DNA of 64,000 bases, from the IMG/VR virus record IMGVR_UViG_3300026274_000001; one strand, written 5' to 3'. The stretch's first letter is position 1; each line of letters opens with the position of its first letter. The position numbers and the translations under genes are program-made. The notes beneath the pieces are model-generated. The model ran no database searches. It was not told the origin of the DNA and saw only the letters and a program-made list of their open reading frames with translations. Source of the stretch: a virus. Taxonomy: Duplodnaviria > Caudoviricetes. Shown piece by piece: positions 17,841 to 26,546 of the stretch.

Positions 17841-18067
17841 TACTTACCTGAAATAAACGCGTTCAACTGCGTTGCTTTTGCTATAACATTGGCTTCTGAC
17901 GGATATTCAGGCAGTACCGGTTTGGTCGGACTATTACCACGGTCCAGGTTATGATCGTATTCGCGCATTATCAATTCGCGTTCGCCATAGTATGCCTCGC
18001 ATAGCATCTCTTTAGCCATTTTCAGAAGTTCGAGTCTGATCTCGTATGGATTCTTGTTATTGTCCAT
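17840..18067 (-). CDS. small conserved phage protein (NPYEIRLELLKMAKEML motif)
   Basis: motif typical of small myophage proteins; start re-called at MDNNKN. Confidence 0.65.
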   Translation of the reverse strand: MDNNKNPYEIRLELLKMAKEMLCEAYYGERELIMREYDHNLDRGNSPTKPVLPEYPSEANVIAKATQLNAFISGK

Positions 18068-18200
18068 TTTGTGTGTCTCTGTGTGTATTGATGAAACTAT
18101 TTCATCAACCATGTTTATACAATTGGCAACCAGGTTAGTCAATATTGCACTTGATAGTGCATCAATTATCTAATATATTGGTAGTCAATTGAAATGAACT

Positions 18201-18863
18201 TTGAGGACTCGGCACATGAGCTATATTGATACCGTGGATCATTCATACGTAGGGCGCCTATTTGGCTGGCCAGTATATCATCCTCTGGGTGTTTACACTG
18301 ACGATGAGTTTGATGCTGATCCGTCCAATCTGGTTATTGGTGGTGGTAGCGGTGAACATCCGGGTATGGTGATCAAATCGCTTGACGCTTGTGTCTTACA
18401 GTATATTGAATTTTGCTATGAATATGCCAAGCTAGAAGAGCCTGACTGGCTCGGGAACCTGTACAATGAAGTGGCCGATTCCTATTTTAATCTGTTTGAT
18501 CATAAGTGGCCAATGCAATCAGTGTCAACTTTAGCTATCAAGGTAAAAGCCGCATTTGAAGAAGCGGTGGCCGACAAGATTAAGAATCCACCTCATATTG
18601 AAAATATGCTTGCGATCATGATTGGTGAATTTCTGTATTATTCTGCCCGTCGCTTGCTATCTGAAAAAGTGAATATAGCATTGATCGAACAGTTCAATGA
18701 CGTTTGGGCATTTTCGTTTTTTGAGGTTATCACTGTACCTGCAAAGGGTTATCCATCAAGTGGTCGTCGTCTAGGTATGGAGAATGGTGAGAGTAAGGTT
18801 ATTTGGGGATTGCGCTTCGAAGACGAGCAAAAATATCTTGATGAACATTCATCGAACTGCTAG
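18201..18863 (+). CDS. hypothetical protein
   Basis: 220-aa ORF; TTGATA-17-TATATT upstream. Confidence 0.75.
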   Translation: MRTRHMSYIDTVDHSYVGRLFGWPVYHPLGVYTDDEFDADPSNLVIGGGSGEHPGMVIKSLDACVLQYIEFCYEYAKLEEPDWLGNLYNEVADSYFNLFDHKWPMQSVSTLAIKVKAAFEEAVADKIKNPPHIENMLAIMIGEFLYYSARRLLSEKVNIALIEQFNDVWAFSFFEVITVPAKGYPSSGRRLGMENGESKVIWGLRFEDEQKYLDEHSSNC

Positions 18864-18866
18864 AGT
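18838..18866 (+). promoter_or_regulatory. sigma70-like promoter for AspRS leader
   Basis: TTGATG-17-TAGAGT; predicted start site ~18873. Confidence 0.55.
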
Positions 18867-18893
18867 GGTGGTATTAAATACAGGATGAACACT

Positions 18894-18965
18894 ATGTTTC
18901 TTTTGAACGACGATAATCGCGATAATATGTTGCCTTTGGGTGACAGGCGATTGCTCGTGCGTTAA
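18894..18965 (+). CDS. Asp/Asn-rich attenuator leader peptide MFLLNDDNRDNMLPLGDRRLLVR (not in ORF track)
   Basis: SD CAGGA 8 nt upstream; codons AAC GAC GAT AAT CGC GAT AAT. Confidence 0.75.
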   Translation: MFLLNDDNRDNMLPLGDRRLLVR

Positions 18966-19014
18966 AACGACAACACTGACATCCAAAGGCGCTCCGTAAA
19001 ACGAGCGCTTTTTT
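18906..19014 (+). promoter_or_regulatory. transcription attenuator (pause 1:2, antiterminator 2:3, terminator 3:4)
   Basis: 18932-18946 pairs 18976-18990 (14/15); 18986-18994 pairs 19003-19011 + T6; 18906-18920 pairs 18947-18963. Confidence 0.8.
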
Positions 19015-19048
19015 GTTGACTATCTGAATCACACTTGAGGAAAATAAA

Positions 19049-20329
19049 ATGAGAGAACTACCAACAACCGTACACGAAGCCCCACACTATATTGGGCAAA
19101 CGGTAACCATGTATATGATTCTGGAAACCCTACGCGATCAGAAACACATGCAATTCATCATTGGACGGGAACGCACTGGCACTTTGCAGCTTGTGATTCA
19201 AAAGTCCAAAGTCGCAAACCATGCCGATATCTCGGAACTCCAACCCGGCTCTACATTTGCTGTGACTGGTACACTAGTCGAAGCTACCCAAAGCAAGACT
19301 CAGGGTATCGAGATGCAGGTTGATAGTGTTGAGATTTTCTCCAAAGCATGGCCGCGCCCTATCACGGAGGAGTCAGGTATTGAAGCACGCTTTGCTCATC
19401 GAGTCGTTGACTTGAAACTTCCAAAGTGGCAGCTGATGATGAAAATCAGAAGTGCCTTTGAAATGGGATGTCGCGAGTACGCACTGGAAAACGGCTGTAC
19501 GGAGTTGCATACTCCGAAGCTGATGGCCAGTGCCAGCGAAAGCGGTTCACAAGTATTCAAAGTTCAGTACTTCGACAAGTTTGCTTATTTGGCCCAGTCA
19601 CCACAGTTTTATAAGCAGATGGGCGTAGCATCAGGCCTTGATGGCGTGTTTGAAATTGGTCCAGTGTTCCGTGCTGAAGAAAGCCATAGCTCCCGCCACA
19701 TGACTGAATTTACTGGCCTGGACGTTGAATTTGCTTGGGCATTTACCACTCAGGATGTGATGACCTTTGAACTTCAAATGCTGCGTCGTGCATTTGAAAA
19801 GTTGCGTCCATTTGCTGCGCAAGCCAAAGAACTGTTTGGCGTTGAACTGCCTGAACACCCAGAATGTCGATTCATGACGCTTGCTGAAGCAAAGGAAATT
19901 GTCAAAGAACGTGGTATTATTCTTCCTGCCTCTGTGGACTTGTCTGACGAAGCAGAACGGGTGCTATATGAAATTACCGGCATTGACTTGATCTTTGTTA
20001 CCGACTATCCAATAGGTAAGCGTCCGTTCTATCATATGTGGGACAAAGAAAAGGGTATCACCCATAGCTTTGACTTGATCTTCAAGGGTATTGAAATCAC
20101 CACTGGTGCGTTGCGGGAACATCGACTCGATATCTTAACTGCGCAAGCAATTGAAAAGGGTGTTGACCCCAAGTCGATCGACCATTACCTTGACAACTTC
20201 CGCTATGGCTGTGCTCCTCATGGTGGGTTCGGTCTGGGTGTTGAACGTGTGATTGCAAAGCTCCTAGGGCTCTCTAGTGTGAAGGAAGCTGCATTTGTTC
20301 CTCGTGACCCAGATCGCCTCGTTCCATAA
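19049..20329 (+). CDS. aspS: aspartyl-tRNA synthetase (archaeal/eukaryote-like short type; possibly non-discriminating)
   Basis: OB-fold RDQKHMQF..RERTG; YLAQSPQFYKQ; FEIGPVFRAEESHSSRHMTEF; GIEITTG; PHGGFGLGVER; FVPRDP. Confidence 0.92.
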   Translation: MRELPTTVHEAPHYIGQTVTMYMILETLRDQKHMQFIIGRERTGTLQLVIQKSKVANHADISELQPGSTFAVTGTLVEATQSKTQGIEMQVDSVEIFSKAWPRPITEESGIEARFAHRVVDLKLPKWQLMMKIRSAFEMGCREYALENGCTELHTPKLMASASESGSQVFKVQYFDKFAYLAQSPQFYKQMGVASGLDGVFEIGPVFRAEESHSSRHMTEFTGLDVEFAWAFTTQDVMTFELQMLRRAFEKLRPFAAQAKELFGVELPEHPECRFMTLAEAKEIVKERGIILPASVDLSDEAERVLYEITGIDLIFVTDYPIGKRPFYHMWDKEKGITHSFDLIFKGIEITTGALREHRLDILTAQAIEKGVDPKSIDHYLDNFRYGCAPHGGFGLGVERVIAKLLGLSSVKEAAFVPRDPDRLVP

Positions 20330-20389
20330 ACTGCTTGATACGATGCTCATATGAACTTATCATGTGAGCATCATTTTCATGGAGGTATT

Positions 20390-20773
20390 ATGGTTACCAC
20401 AGAGAGTCTGTTTCAAAATATCAACGATTTCCTTGCTGAGCGTAAGGAAAGCAGCCCGGGTGGTGGTTGGGCACCAGTCACCCAAAAAGAAATGGAGGCC
20501 ATGTACGATATTATCAACGGCTTGATTGAACTCAAATATGAGTACGACGCGGACCATGACCTCCCGATGACCGTACGGCTGCTTGATCGCACCATGTTCA
20601 AGTCGAGCTTCTATGACCCCATGTTTCAAGACCATGCGTTTGACGGATACACGGAAGCTGACATCGCGAAGCTCAATCTTAGCCGAGCAGTCATGAATGT
20701 TGGCATAGCGGCCGACGAAGTGAAGTTAGCGACGCGTGTGCTTGATATGCACATTACTGGAAATAAAAAATGA
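20390..20773 (+). CDS. hypothetical protein
   Basis: SD GGAGG; family promoter 20335-20370. Confidence 0.75.
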   Translation: MVTTESLFQNINDFLAERKESSPGGGWAPVTQKEMEAMYDIINGLIELKYEYDADHDLPMTVRLLDRTMFKSSFYDPMFQDHAFDGYTEADIAKLNLSRAVMNVGIAADEVKLATRVLDMHITGNKK

Positions 20774-21042
20774 CACTGCGATGTACGCATTGTGGTTCCC
20801 TCGGTGTCATTCAAACCCAGGTAACTGTCCAAGCACCTGGTGATCTTTATTTCCAGTTTACAAAAAGAATGTTTAAGCGAAGTGATGTTCAGATCATTAG
20901 TGCACAATGGGAGACTACTGATTTTATCTGTGGTAACCCTGCTTGTGGTCGGGTCCGAGATAGCTTGGGAAACTATGTGACTAAGCTAGAACGTAGAGTA
21001 CAAGAACTTGAAGATCAAGTTGCTCAACTGGAGAAGAAATGA
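20770..21042 (+). CDS. small Zn-ribbon protein
   Basis: CTHC ... CGNPAC. Confidence 0.7.
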   Translation: MTLRCTHCGSLGVIQTQVTVQAPGDLYFQFTKRMFKRSDVQIISAQWETTDFICGNPACGRVRDSLGNYVTKLERRVQELEDQVAQLEKK

Positions 21043-21668
21043 TTTCAAAGCCACAACTAAAGACTGATACTGTTGATCAGTCAAGCTATTACATTCAACT
21101 TTTTGATCTTTCTGGACCAGACCTGGACGTTGACACTGGTCTATTTTTGACGAAACCATTTCAAGTTATTGCTGTGGTGGATGTGGAAGGGGAAGATGAG
21201 CTTGACACCCATGACATGTCAACAGTCGAGCGGTTCTTGACACTGTACTTGGGTAGCGGTAATGACGGTGGGTTGCTGTGGATTCCGTCAAAAGCAGCAG
21301 ACGCATTCCCGGAGTTTGCAGCAACGTTCCTGAAGACTGCATACCGTGCCGACGAACTGAATCTTACAAATGGTCCAGTATCTGAAGCGTTTGCTTTGTT
21401 CAAAGCAGAAGACGGGTTGGTTGTTGCTGTGCTTGACCCAGAATGCTTCACCGAAGTATTTGACAACGCATTCAATCAGTTTGTATCTGAACAAAAACTT
21501 GAAGTATGGGATGATGTGACTCAGTTTGACCCAGAAAAGGCATTCTCATTTAGTGATTGCCATCTTGACTGCAATCTCAAACTTGGACGCAGTAGTATAA
21601 CTGTCGATGTATTCTTGCAAGCATTGCAAACACGTGGTCTTCTGGGTGATTTGGAATCTGATGTCTAA
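21039..21668 (+). CDS. hypothetical acidic protein
   Basis: ATGA overlap. Confidence 0.7.
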   Translation: MISKPQLKTDTVDQSSYYIQLFDLSGPDLDVDTGLFLTKPFQVIAVVDVEGEDELDTHDMSTVERFLTLYLGSGNDGGLLWIPSKAADAFPEFAATFLKTAYRADELNLTNGPVSEAFALFKAEDGLVVAVLDPECFTEVFDNAFNQFVSEQKLEVWDDVTQFDPEKAFSFSDCHLDCNLKLGRSSITVDVFLQALQTRGLLGDLESDV

Positions 21669-21755
21669 TATCAAGTAGACTGCTATTCATTTAATGCTTG
21701 AATAAACAACCAAATGAATATATCATGAACGTATGACTATTGACCTGGAGCGTTC

Positions 21756-22037
21756 ATGAAAAGCACTATGGATTCATTGAAGTTGCTGTACGATCAGCAA
21801 GCTGATGAAATTTACAGTCTACTGCTGTGCGGTGCTTGGTCTGAAGAGCGAGTAGCTAACTACATGGCAGGTATGAACGCTATGTTGGAACTGACCTTGA
21901 AACATACCCGTTGTTTTCAAGGTTACGTGCACATTGGTTCCACTAAACAGCAAACAAACAATGTTTGGCGTTACATTGTAGTCACCCCCGATCATCCTGA
22001 ATTTAAGGAATGGCGCCGGCGTTATTTGTGGGACTAA
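21756..22037 (+). CDS. hypothetical protein (paralog of 24588..24926)
   Basis: shared C-terminal PDHPE(F/Y)KEWR. Confidence 0.75.
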   Translation: MKSTMDSLKLLYDQQADEIYSLLLCGAWSEERVANYMAGMNAMLELTLKHTRCFQGYVHIGSTKQQTNNVWRYIVVTPDHPEFKEWRRRYLWD

Positions 22038-22050
22038 TGGCAAGCAGACC

Positions 22051-22073
22051 GGGGAGCAATTGCTCCCCTGTTT
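22051..22073 (+). terminator. intrinsic terminator
   Basis: GGGGAGCAATTGCTCCCCtgttt, same core as 385-408. Confidence 0.7.
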
Positions 22074-22152
22074 ATATGACTATCAAGATGGCGAAAAGTC
22101 GGCTACTTTCAGTTTAGCATACCAAATGAATATCAATCAAGCGAAATAATAT

Positions 22153-22207
22153 TCATTTGGTGCTTGCAACCAAGTTCAAATGAACACATAATAGGAACAT
22201 GGTAAAC
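22153..22207 (+). promoter_or_regulatory. family early promoter (type example)
   Basis: TCATTT..TTGCAA-ccaagttcAAATGAaca-CATAAT-aggaac-ATGGTAAAC. Confidence 0.8.
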
Positions 22208-22225
22208 AACAAAGAGGAAGCAAAA

Positions 22226-22573
22226 ATGTCCAAGTTTTACTTTAAGCGGGTAGTTGGTGCTTACAGCATGTCCCGCGACAACACGCCTGACTTCCTCGAA
22301 ACCAAGGTTCTCCAACAAGTGTCGTATGCGACGATTCCGGGATTTGGTCCCGGTTATGTGAATACGTCGGCTGAGATTGTGCGCCACTACTCTGCAAAGA
22401 TCACCCGCAAGCTTACCGACGAGGAAGAAAAGCAACTTGGTTACTTCCTGATCGGCAACACTAAGTTCGATGACCGTGCAGCTATGGCACTGGATGCAAA
22501 GCTGGCGAAAGCAACCGCAAAGGAATTCATCCGCCGCGAAGAAGCCGCTTGGAAACGCCAAGGACGTGCGTAA
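22226..22573 (+). CDS. hypothetical protein
   Basis: SD GAGGA; start re-called at MSKFY. Confidence 0.75.
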   Translation: MSKFYFKRVVGAYSMSRDNTPDFLETKVLQQVSYATIPGFGPGYVNTSAEIVRHYSAKITRKLTDEEEKQLGYFLIGNTKFDDRAAMALDAKLAKATAKEFIRREEAAWKRQGRA

Positions 22574-22827
22574 TGCAGTTGACAACTCAACAACTTTCGG
22601 ATTTGTGGGCGAAGTATTACCATTCCCGTTCGTCGTATTACTGGCTTGACTTTGCCGAAGCATTGCTTGGTCTCATCGGTGAAACACTTACCGAAAAACA
22701 ACTGGTTGATTTGTGGGAACATCACTGCTTGACTCGCCTTCCGCAACCCGGATATCTACATTTTGCCGGCGAGGACAAGAACAAAGGTGTCGAATTTGGC
22801 CAAGACATTCTCAACCTGTTCAAATAA
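22573..22827 (+). CDS. hypothetical protein
   Basis: TAATG overlap. Confidence 0.7.
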   Translation: MQLTTQQLSDLWAKYYHSRSSYYWLDFAEALLGLIGETLTEKQLVDLWEHHCLTRLPQPGYLHFAGEDKNKGVEFGQDILNLFK

Positions 22828-22828
22828 T

Positions 22829-22883
22829 TCATTTAACACTTGCTACCATGTTCAAATGAACTTACCATAGGAACATGGTAAAC
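22829..22883 (+). promoter_or_regulatory. family early promoter
   Basis: TCATTT..TTGCTA-17-TACCAT-6-ATGGTAAAC; ACCATGTTC/GAACATGGT arms. Confidence 0.8.
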
Positions 22884-22900
22884 AAACAAGGAGAAGGTAA

Positions 22901-23122
22901 ATGAACGTAGATCAAGTTAAAACCGCCCTGTTGAATAACGTTGAAAACGAACAAACGCAGGACGACGGTGTTTGGGGTAGTGTGTATCTCGACAACGCTC
23001 GGTTTGATCTGAAGATCAGTAAGCACAGCTTCGCTGGTTATCTGTCCGCACTTGAAGGCCGTGGCGAATATCGCCAGTCGCCCGACGACGATGGTTATTT
23101 TGGTCGTGTGAAAGTCAGCTAA
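22901..23122 (+). CDS. hypothetical protein
   Basis: SD AGGAG. Confidence 0.75.
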   Translation: MNVDQVKTALLNNVENEQTQDDGVWGSVYLDNARFDLKISKHSFAGYLSALEGRGEYRQSPDDDGYFGRVKVS

Positions 23123-23139
23123 CGTTCAAGGAGTATTAT

Positions 23140-23319
23140 ATGGCCGGTCTAATGTATGAGTGGACTGTGAAATTCAAAGAAGGCTTCGAAATGAAGATAC
23201 CGGCCGACAGTGAATTTATGGTTCGTCAAGAAGTGAAAGAGCACTTGGATGCTCTTGGGTTTGGTGATTGCCCAATTGCGAGCATAAAGGTTGGGCGTCG
23301 ATTGTTTCCTGAAAAATAG
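23140..23319 (+). CDS. small hypothetical protein (not in ORF track)
   Basis: SD AAGGAG, 59 aa. Confidence 0.6.
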   Translation: MAGLMYEWTVKFKEGFEMKIPADSEFMVRQEVKEHLDALGFGDCPIASIKVGRRLFPEK

Positions 23320-23320
23320 T

Positions 23321-23375
23321 TCATTTAACGCTTGCAACCAAGTTTAAATGAACGCATCATAGATACATGGTAAAC
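23321..23375 (+). promoter_or_regulatory. family early promoter
   Basis: TCATTT..TTGCAA-17-CATCAT-6-ATGGTAAAC. Confidence 0.8.
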
Positions 23376-23393
23376 AACTTAGGAGAAAACAAG

Positions 23394-23789
23394 ATGAGCT
23401 ACGCACAACAAACTGGCAGCTTGGTCAATCATCTGTTTGCACGTGGTGTTAAGGGTCAGCCGACTCCGGAAGTTGGAATGGGTGCAACGCTGTTGAGCTA
23501 CACTGATCGTCATGCAGCAACGATCTGCAAGGTCGAAACGATCCGCGGTGTTCTGTATATCGGCGTGCAAGCAGATAACGCAGTGCGTATCGACAAAAAT
23601 GGCATGAGCGAAAGCCAAGAATATTCCTACTTGCCTGACCCGAACGGTTACGTGCAGATGTTCCGCTTGGGTAAGAGCGGAATGTGGGAAGCGATCGTGA
23701 AGAACACGGAAACGGGTCGCTGGAAAAAGACTAATAATGGTGGTCTGCGGATCGGTCACCGCGAAACGTATCACGACTTCAGCTTCTAA
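23394..23789 (+). CDS. hypothetical phage protein
   Basis: SD AGGAG; PEVGMGAT..TDRHAATI motif. Confidence 0.75.
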   Translation: MSYAQQTGSLVNHLFARGVKGQPTPEVGMGATLLSYTDRHAATICKVETIRGVLYIGVQADNAVRIDKNGMSESQEYSYLPDPNGYVQMFRLGKSGMWEAIVKNTETGRWKKTNNGGLRIGHRETYHDFSF

Positions 23790-23833
23790 GCTTAGAAGCT
23801 GCTACGCAAAAAGCGGAACTAAGTTCCGCTTTT
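23781..23833. terminator. 20-bp perfect palindrome plus intrinsic terminator
   Basis: AGCTTCTAAGCTTAGAAGCT then AAAAGCGGAAC-taa-GTTCCGCTTTT. Confidence 0.75.
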
Positions 23834-23902
23834 GTTCATTTGACGCTTGTGTTTTAATCATATGAACGTATAATGTAGTATGGTTAAAAACGGGAGAGAT
23901 AC

Positions 23903-24340
23903 ATGAAGGTACCGCCAGTTGGCTCAAAGGTCACTGTTATCGTTAGCAACGATACTAGCTGGATGCTCATCGATGCTCCACAGGAACGTATCATTTCCGG
24001 GACAGTTGTAAGAAGTGCAGATTGGGATGCTGAAAATACATTTCGGTTATTCACTGGCGACCCCAACAACCCCACCTCAGTCATTCCCGTCTCCCACGTA
24101 AAGAGCGTAACTGACGGAGCTGGCAAGACCGTTAAAATGAATGCGGTGCGTATGATTGATCGTGGTGAACCCAAGATCGATGCATGGCAGGTAACTGGTA
24201 GCAAGGGTGACATCTACACTGTTACTCGAACGGATGACTTCTGGACTTGCTCTTGCGTTGGCTTTCAATTCAAGCGTAATTGTGGCCATATCAAGAAGAA
24301 ACAAGAAGAACTGGCAAGCAAGAAAGCTGTTGCCAGTTGA
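23903..24340 (+). CDS. SWIM zinc-finger protein
   Basis: YTVT..WTCSCVGFQFKRNCGHI (CxC..CxH). Confidence 0.8.
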   Translation: MKVPPVGSKVTVIVSNDTSWMLIDAPQERIISGTVVRSADWDAENTFRLFTGDPNNPTSVIPVSHVKSVTDGAGKTVKMNAVRMIDRGEPKIDAWQVTGSKGDIYTVTRTDDFWTCSCVGFQFKRNCGHIKKKQEELASKKAVAS

Positions 24341-24364
24341 ATTCTTACATATGGGAGTGGCGTT

Positions 24365-24523
24365 ATGACTGATATGTTTGACTTTCTGCAAGAAGCATAC
24401 GACCAAGGCTCAGACGCTTACTACGCAGGGCTCCCACGCGCCAGTAACCCGCGGATATCAGACGAAATGCGTGAATCGTGGTTTGCTGGCTATGATAGGG
24501 CCAAAGAACTTGATGATGAATAA
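24365..24523 (+). CDS. Rmf/CrpP-like small protein (not in ORF track)
   Basis: LQEAYDQGSDAYYAG..NP..RESWFAGYDRA follows the RMF pattern; GGGAG upstream. Confidence 0.55.
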   Translation: MTDMFDFLQEAYDQGSDAYYAGLPRASNPRISDEMRESWFAGYDRAKELDDE

Positions 24524-24587
24524 TGCTTGATTGATTCACCATATGAATACATAATTCAAATATGGTGATAACTGAAAAGGGGAACAT

Positions 24588-24926
24588 ATGTCGCAGAATA
24601 AGAAGACGCCCAAGCATCTGATCGATTTGATTCAACGGCATCTCAACCAGTCGTCCTTCACCGACGAAGTGCTTCGTGCAAAGAAGCTGCCGCTTGAAAA
24701 TCAAGCGGACATGGTCAAGATGAACAGCGAGGATTGGTGGATTGGTCGGCAAGTAGGATTGAATCAGATGCTGGACGATGCCCTTTGTGCGTATGGCTGC
24801 TACAACGGCTTCCGCTACATTGCAGAGACTGTCACTACGATCGAAAGCAAGCGTATGCGTTTGCCTATCGGTCCGGATCATCCGGAATACAAGGAATGGC
24901 GCGTCGAATACTATGTGAAAGCATAA
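24588..24926 (+). CDS. hypothetical protein (paralog of 21756..22037)
   Basis: SD AAGGGG; PDHPEYKEWR. Confidence 0.75.
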   Translation: MSQNKKTPKHLIDLIQRHLNQSSFTDEVLRAKKLPLENQADMVKMNSEDWWIGRQVGLNQMLDDALCAYGCYNGFRYIAETVTTIESKRMRLPIGPDHPEYKEWRVEYYVKA

Positions 24927-24942
24927 GCGACACTGCATCAAC

Positions 24943-24970
24943 AAAAAGACCAGCAAATGCTGGTCTTTTT
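24943..24970 (+). terminator. intrinsic terminator
   Basis: AAAAAGACCAGCA-aa-TGCTGGTCTTTTT. Confidence 0.8.
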
Positions 24971-25047
24971 CATTTGATTCAAATAATGCTTGATTGGTTG
25001 CCATATGAACGTATCATAAGAACATGGTAAACAGGCAAGGAGATAAA

Positions 25048-25419
25048 ATGAGCATTCGGAAAAACATCGGTTACCACACCCGCTCACGCGTTGACAACAG
25101 TATCAAATTTACTGGCGGTAGTTTCGGTGGTACATTTGACCAAGAAACTATTGAGCGCCTGGTCAATGCTCACTTCACAGTGAAAGTGAAAAGTAACGGC
25201 CACGCTGTATTCATTGATCGTGAGGGGCGCGAATGCTGGCTCTACGTAACGGTTGATCCTGACTCCACCGCAAAGGGCAAAGCTGCATTGGCTGAATACC
25301 GCAAAACGGTAGAACAGCAACAACGCATCGAACGTGAAAAGGAAGATCGTTTAGAGATATTGATGCAAAGCATGACCACCGACGAACTGCTGAAGCTCTT
25401 AGAAAATAAAGGCGACTGA
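25048..25419 (+). CDS. hypothetical protein
   Basis: SD AAGGAG after family promoter. Confidence 0.75.
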   Translation: MSIRKNIGYHTRSRVDNSIKFTGGSFGGTFDQETIERLVNAHFTVKVKSNGHAVFIDREGRECWLYVTVDPDSTAKGKAALAEYRKTVEQQQRIEREKEDRLEILMQSMTTDELLKLLENKGD

Positions 25420-25501
25420 AGCGATTATCAATGGTAATGCTTGATTCTATTGCCATATGAACATAGAATTGATACATGGTAAACAAACAAGGAGAAACAA
25501 A

Positions 25502-25879
25502 ATGTCGAACAAGCATGCACTGCAAACGTATCTGGAACAAGTTCGTGATGATGGTTATGAATTCGAAATCCGTAGCTACAGTGGTCGTGGTATGTTCGGT
25601 GCTTCCTGTGTTGCCGTTACGTTGGACCGAGACAGCATTTCGCAGTGCGAACTGATTGCTCGTGTCGTTGCTGCCGCTGCTTACGAAGGTGCCGAAAAGG
25701 CAGAAGAAGAAGGCGATTTTGCTGCTGAAGGCGTGTCGTCCAACACGATGGACATTGTTGACGCAATGCGCAATACGAGCACTGATAGCATGGGCCTTGG
25801 TACTGTGATCTACTGGCCGAACGTGCCCTATGTTGCTGGTGAAGAAGCCAACGAGGAGACGGAAGAAGATGATTCTTAA
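25502..25879 (+). CDS. hypothetical protein
   Basis: SD AAGGAG; YSGRGMFG..C motif. Confidence 0.75.
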   Translation: MSNKHALQTYLEQVRDDGYEFEIRSYSGRGMFGASCVAVTLDRDSISQCELIARVVAAAAYEGAEKAEEEGDFAAEGVSSNTMDIVDAMRNTSTDSMGLGTVIYWPNVPYVAGEEANEETEEDDS

Positions 25880-26090
25880 TCGTTACCGCATACGTTACTG
25901 GTCTAATGTAGATTGGTGTTGGATTAGCGAAACGTTGATCGCTCAAACGGAAGCACAAGTGATTGAATACGCGGATAAACAATGTGCTCCGCAGTACCGT
26001 ATGCGGCTTGATCTCTCAACGAATACTAAACGTCAAACGCTTGAGATTGAACACGAGGGGCCCATAACATTGCCCTATGTGATCGACTAA
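25869..26090 (+). CDS. hypothetical protein
   Basis: overlapping start. Confidence 0.6.
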   Translation: MILNRYRIRYWSNVDWCWISETLIAQTEAQVIEYADKQCAPQYRMRLDLSTNTKRQTLEIEHEGPITLPYVID

Positions 26091-26122
26091 CACTTGCAAG
26101 GATAGTCATATGAACATAATAT

Positions 26123-26467
26123 ATGGCTATCTTTTACTTTGGGAGAATCACAGTGGAACAGTATAGTGAAGGTTGGTATAAGCACTTTACGGCAGTTCAA
26201 ATAGAAGCCTTACTTACTGCTGGCTTCGTTCGTGTCTCTCACAGTGGTGAGCATGGTTTCAACAAACGGGTGGCGTACAACCAACTGCCCCAAGATGACA
26301 TTGAGGATGTCATGAGTCCCGATGATATCATCCTGGGTAAGGAAGAAGTCATCGTACGAATTTATGCGGACGACGGCAGCGTTTCAATTGAAACCGCAGA
26401 GGCATACGTTGGCCCGATCCCAGCAGACAGCAAACTTGCGGAAAAGATCCTGACTAGCTGCTTTTAA
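26123..26467 (+). CDS. hypothetical protein
   Basis: follows family promoter. Confidence 0.7.
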   Translation: MAIFYFGRITVEQYSEGWYKHFTAVQIEALLTAGFVRVSHSGEHGFNKRVAYNQLPQDDIEDVMSPDDIILGKEEVIVRIYADDGSVSIETAEAYVGPIPADSKLAEKILTSCF

Positions 26468-26546
26468 CACTGTATTTAAAGCGATGGCTTTACTACAATA
26501 GATTAAAACTAATAGTGGTTCTGGCTCATAAAAACAGGAGAGTAAA

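Noticed and set aside
19015-19040. TTGACT after the attenuator as an internal aspS promoter
   Set aside because: No -10-like hexamer at 16-18 nt spacing (GGAAAA there is the SD region).
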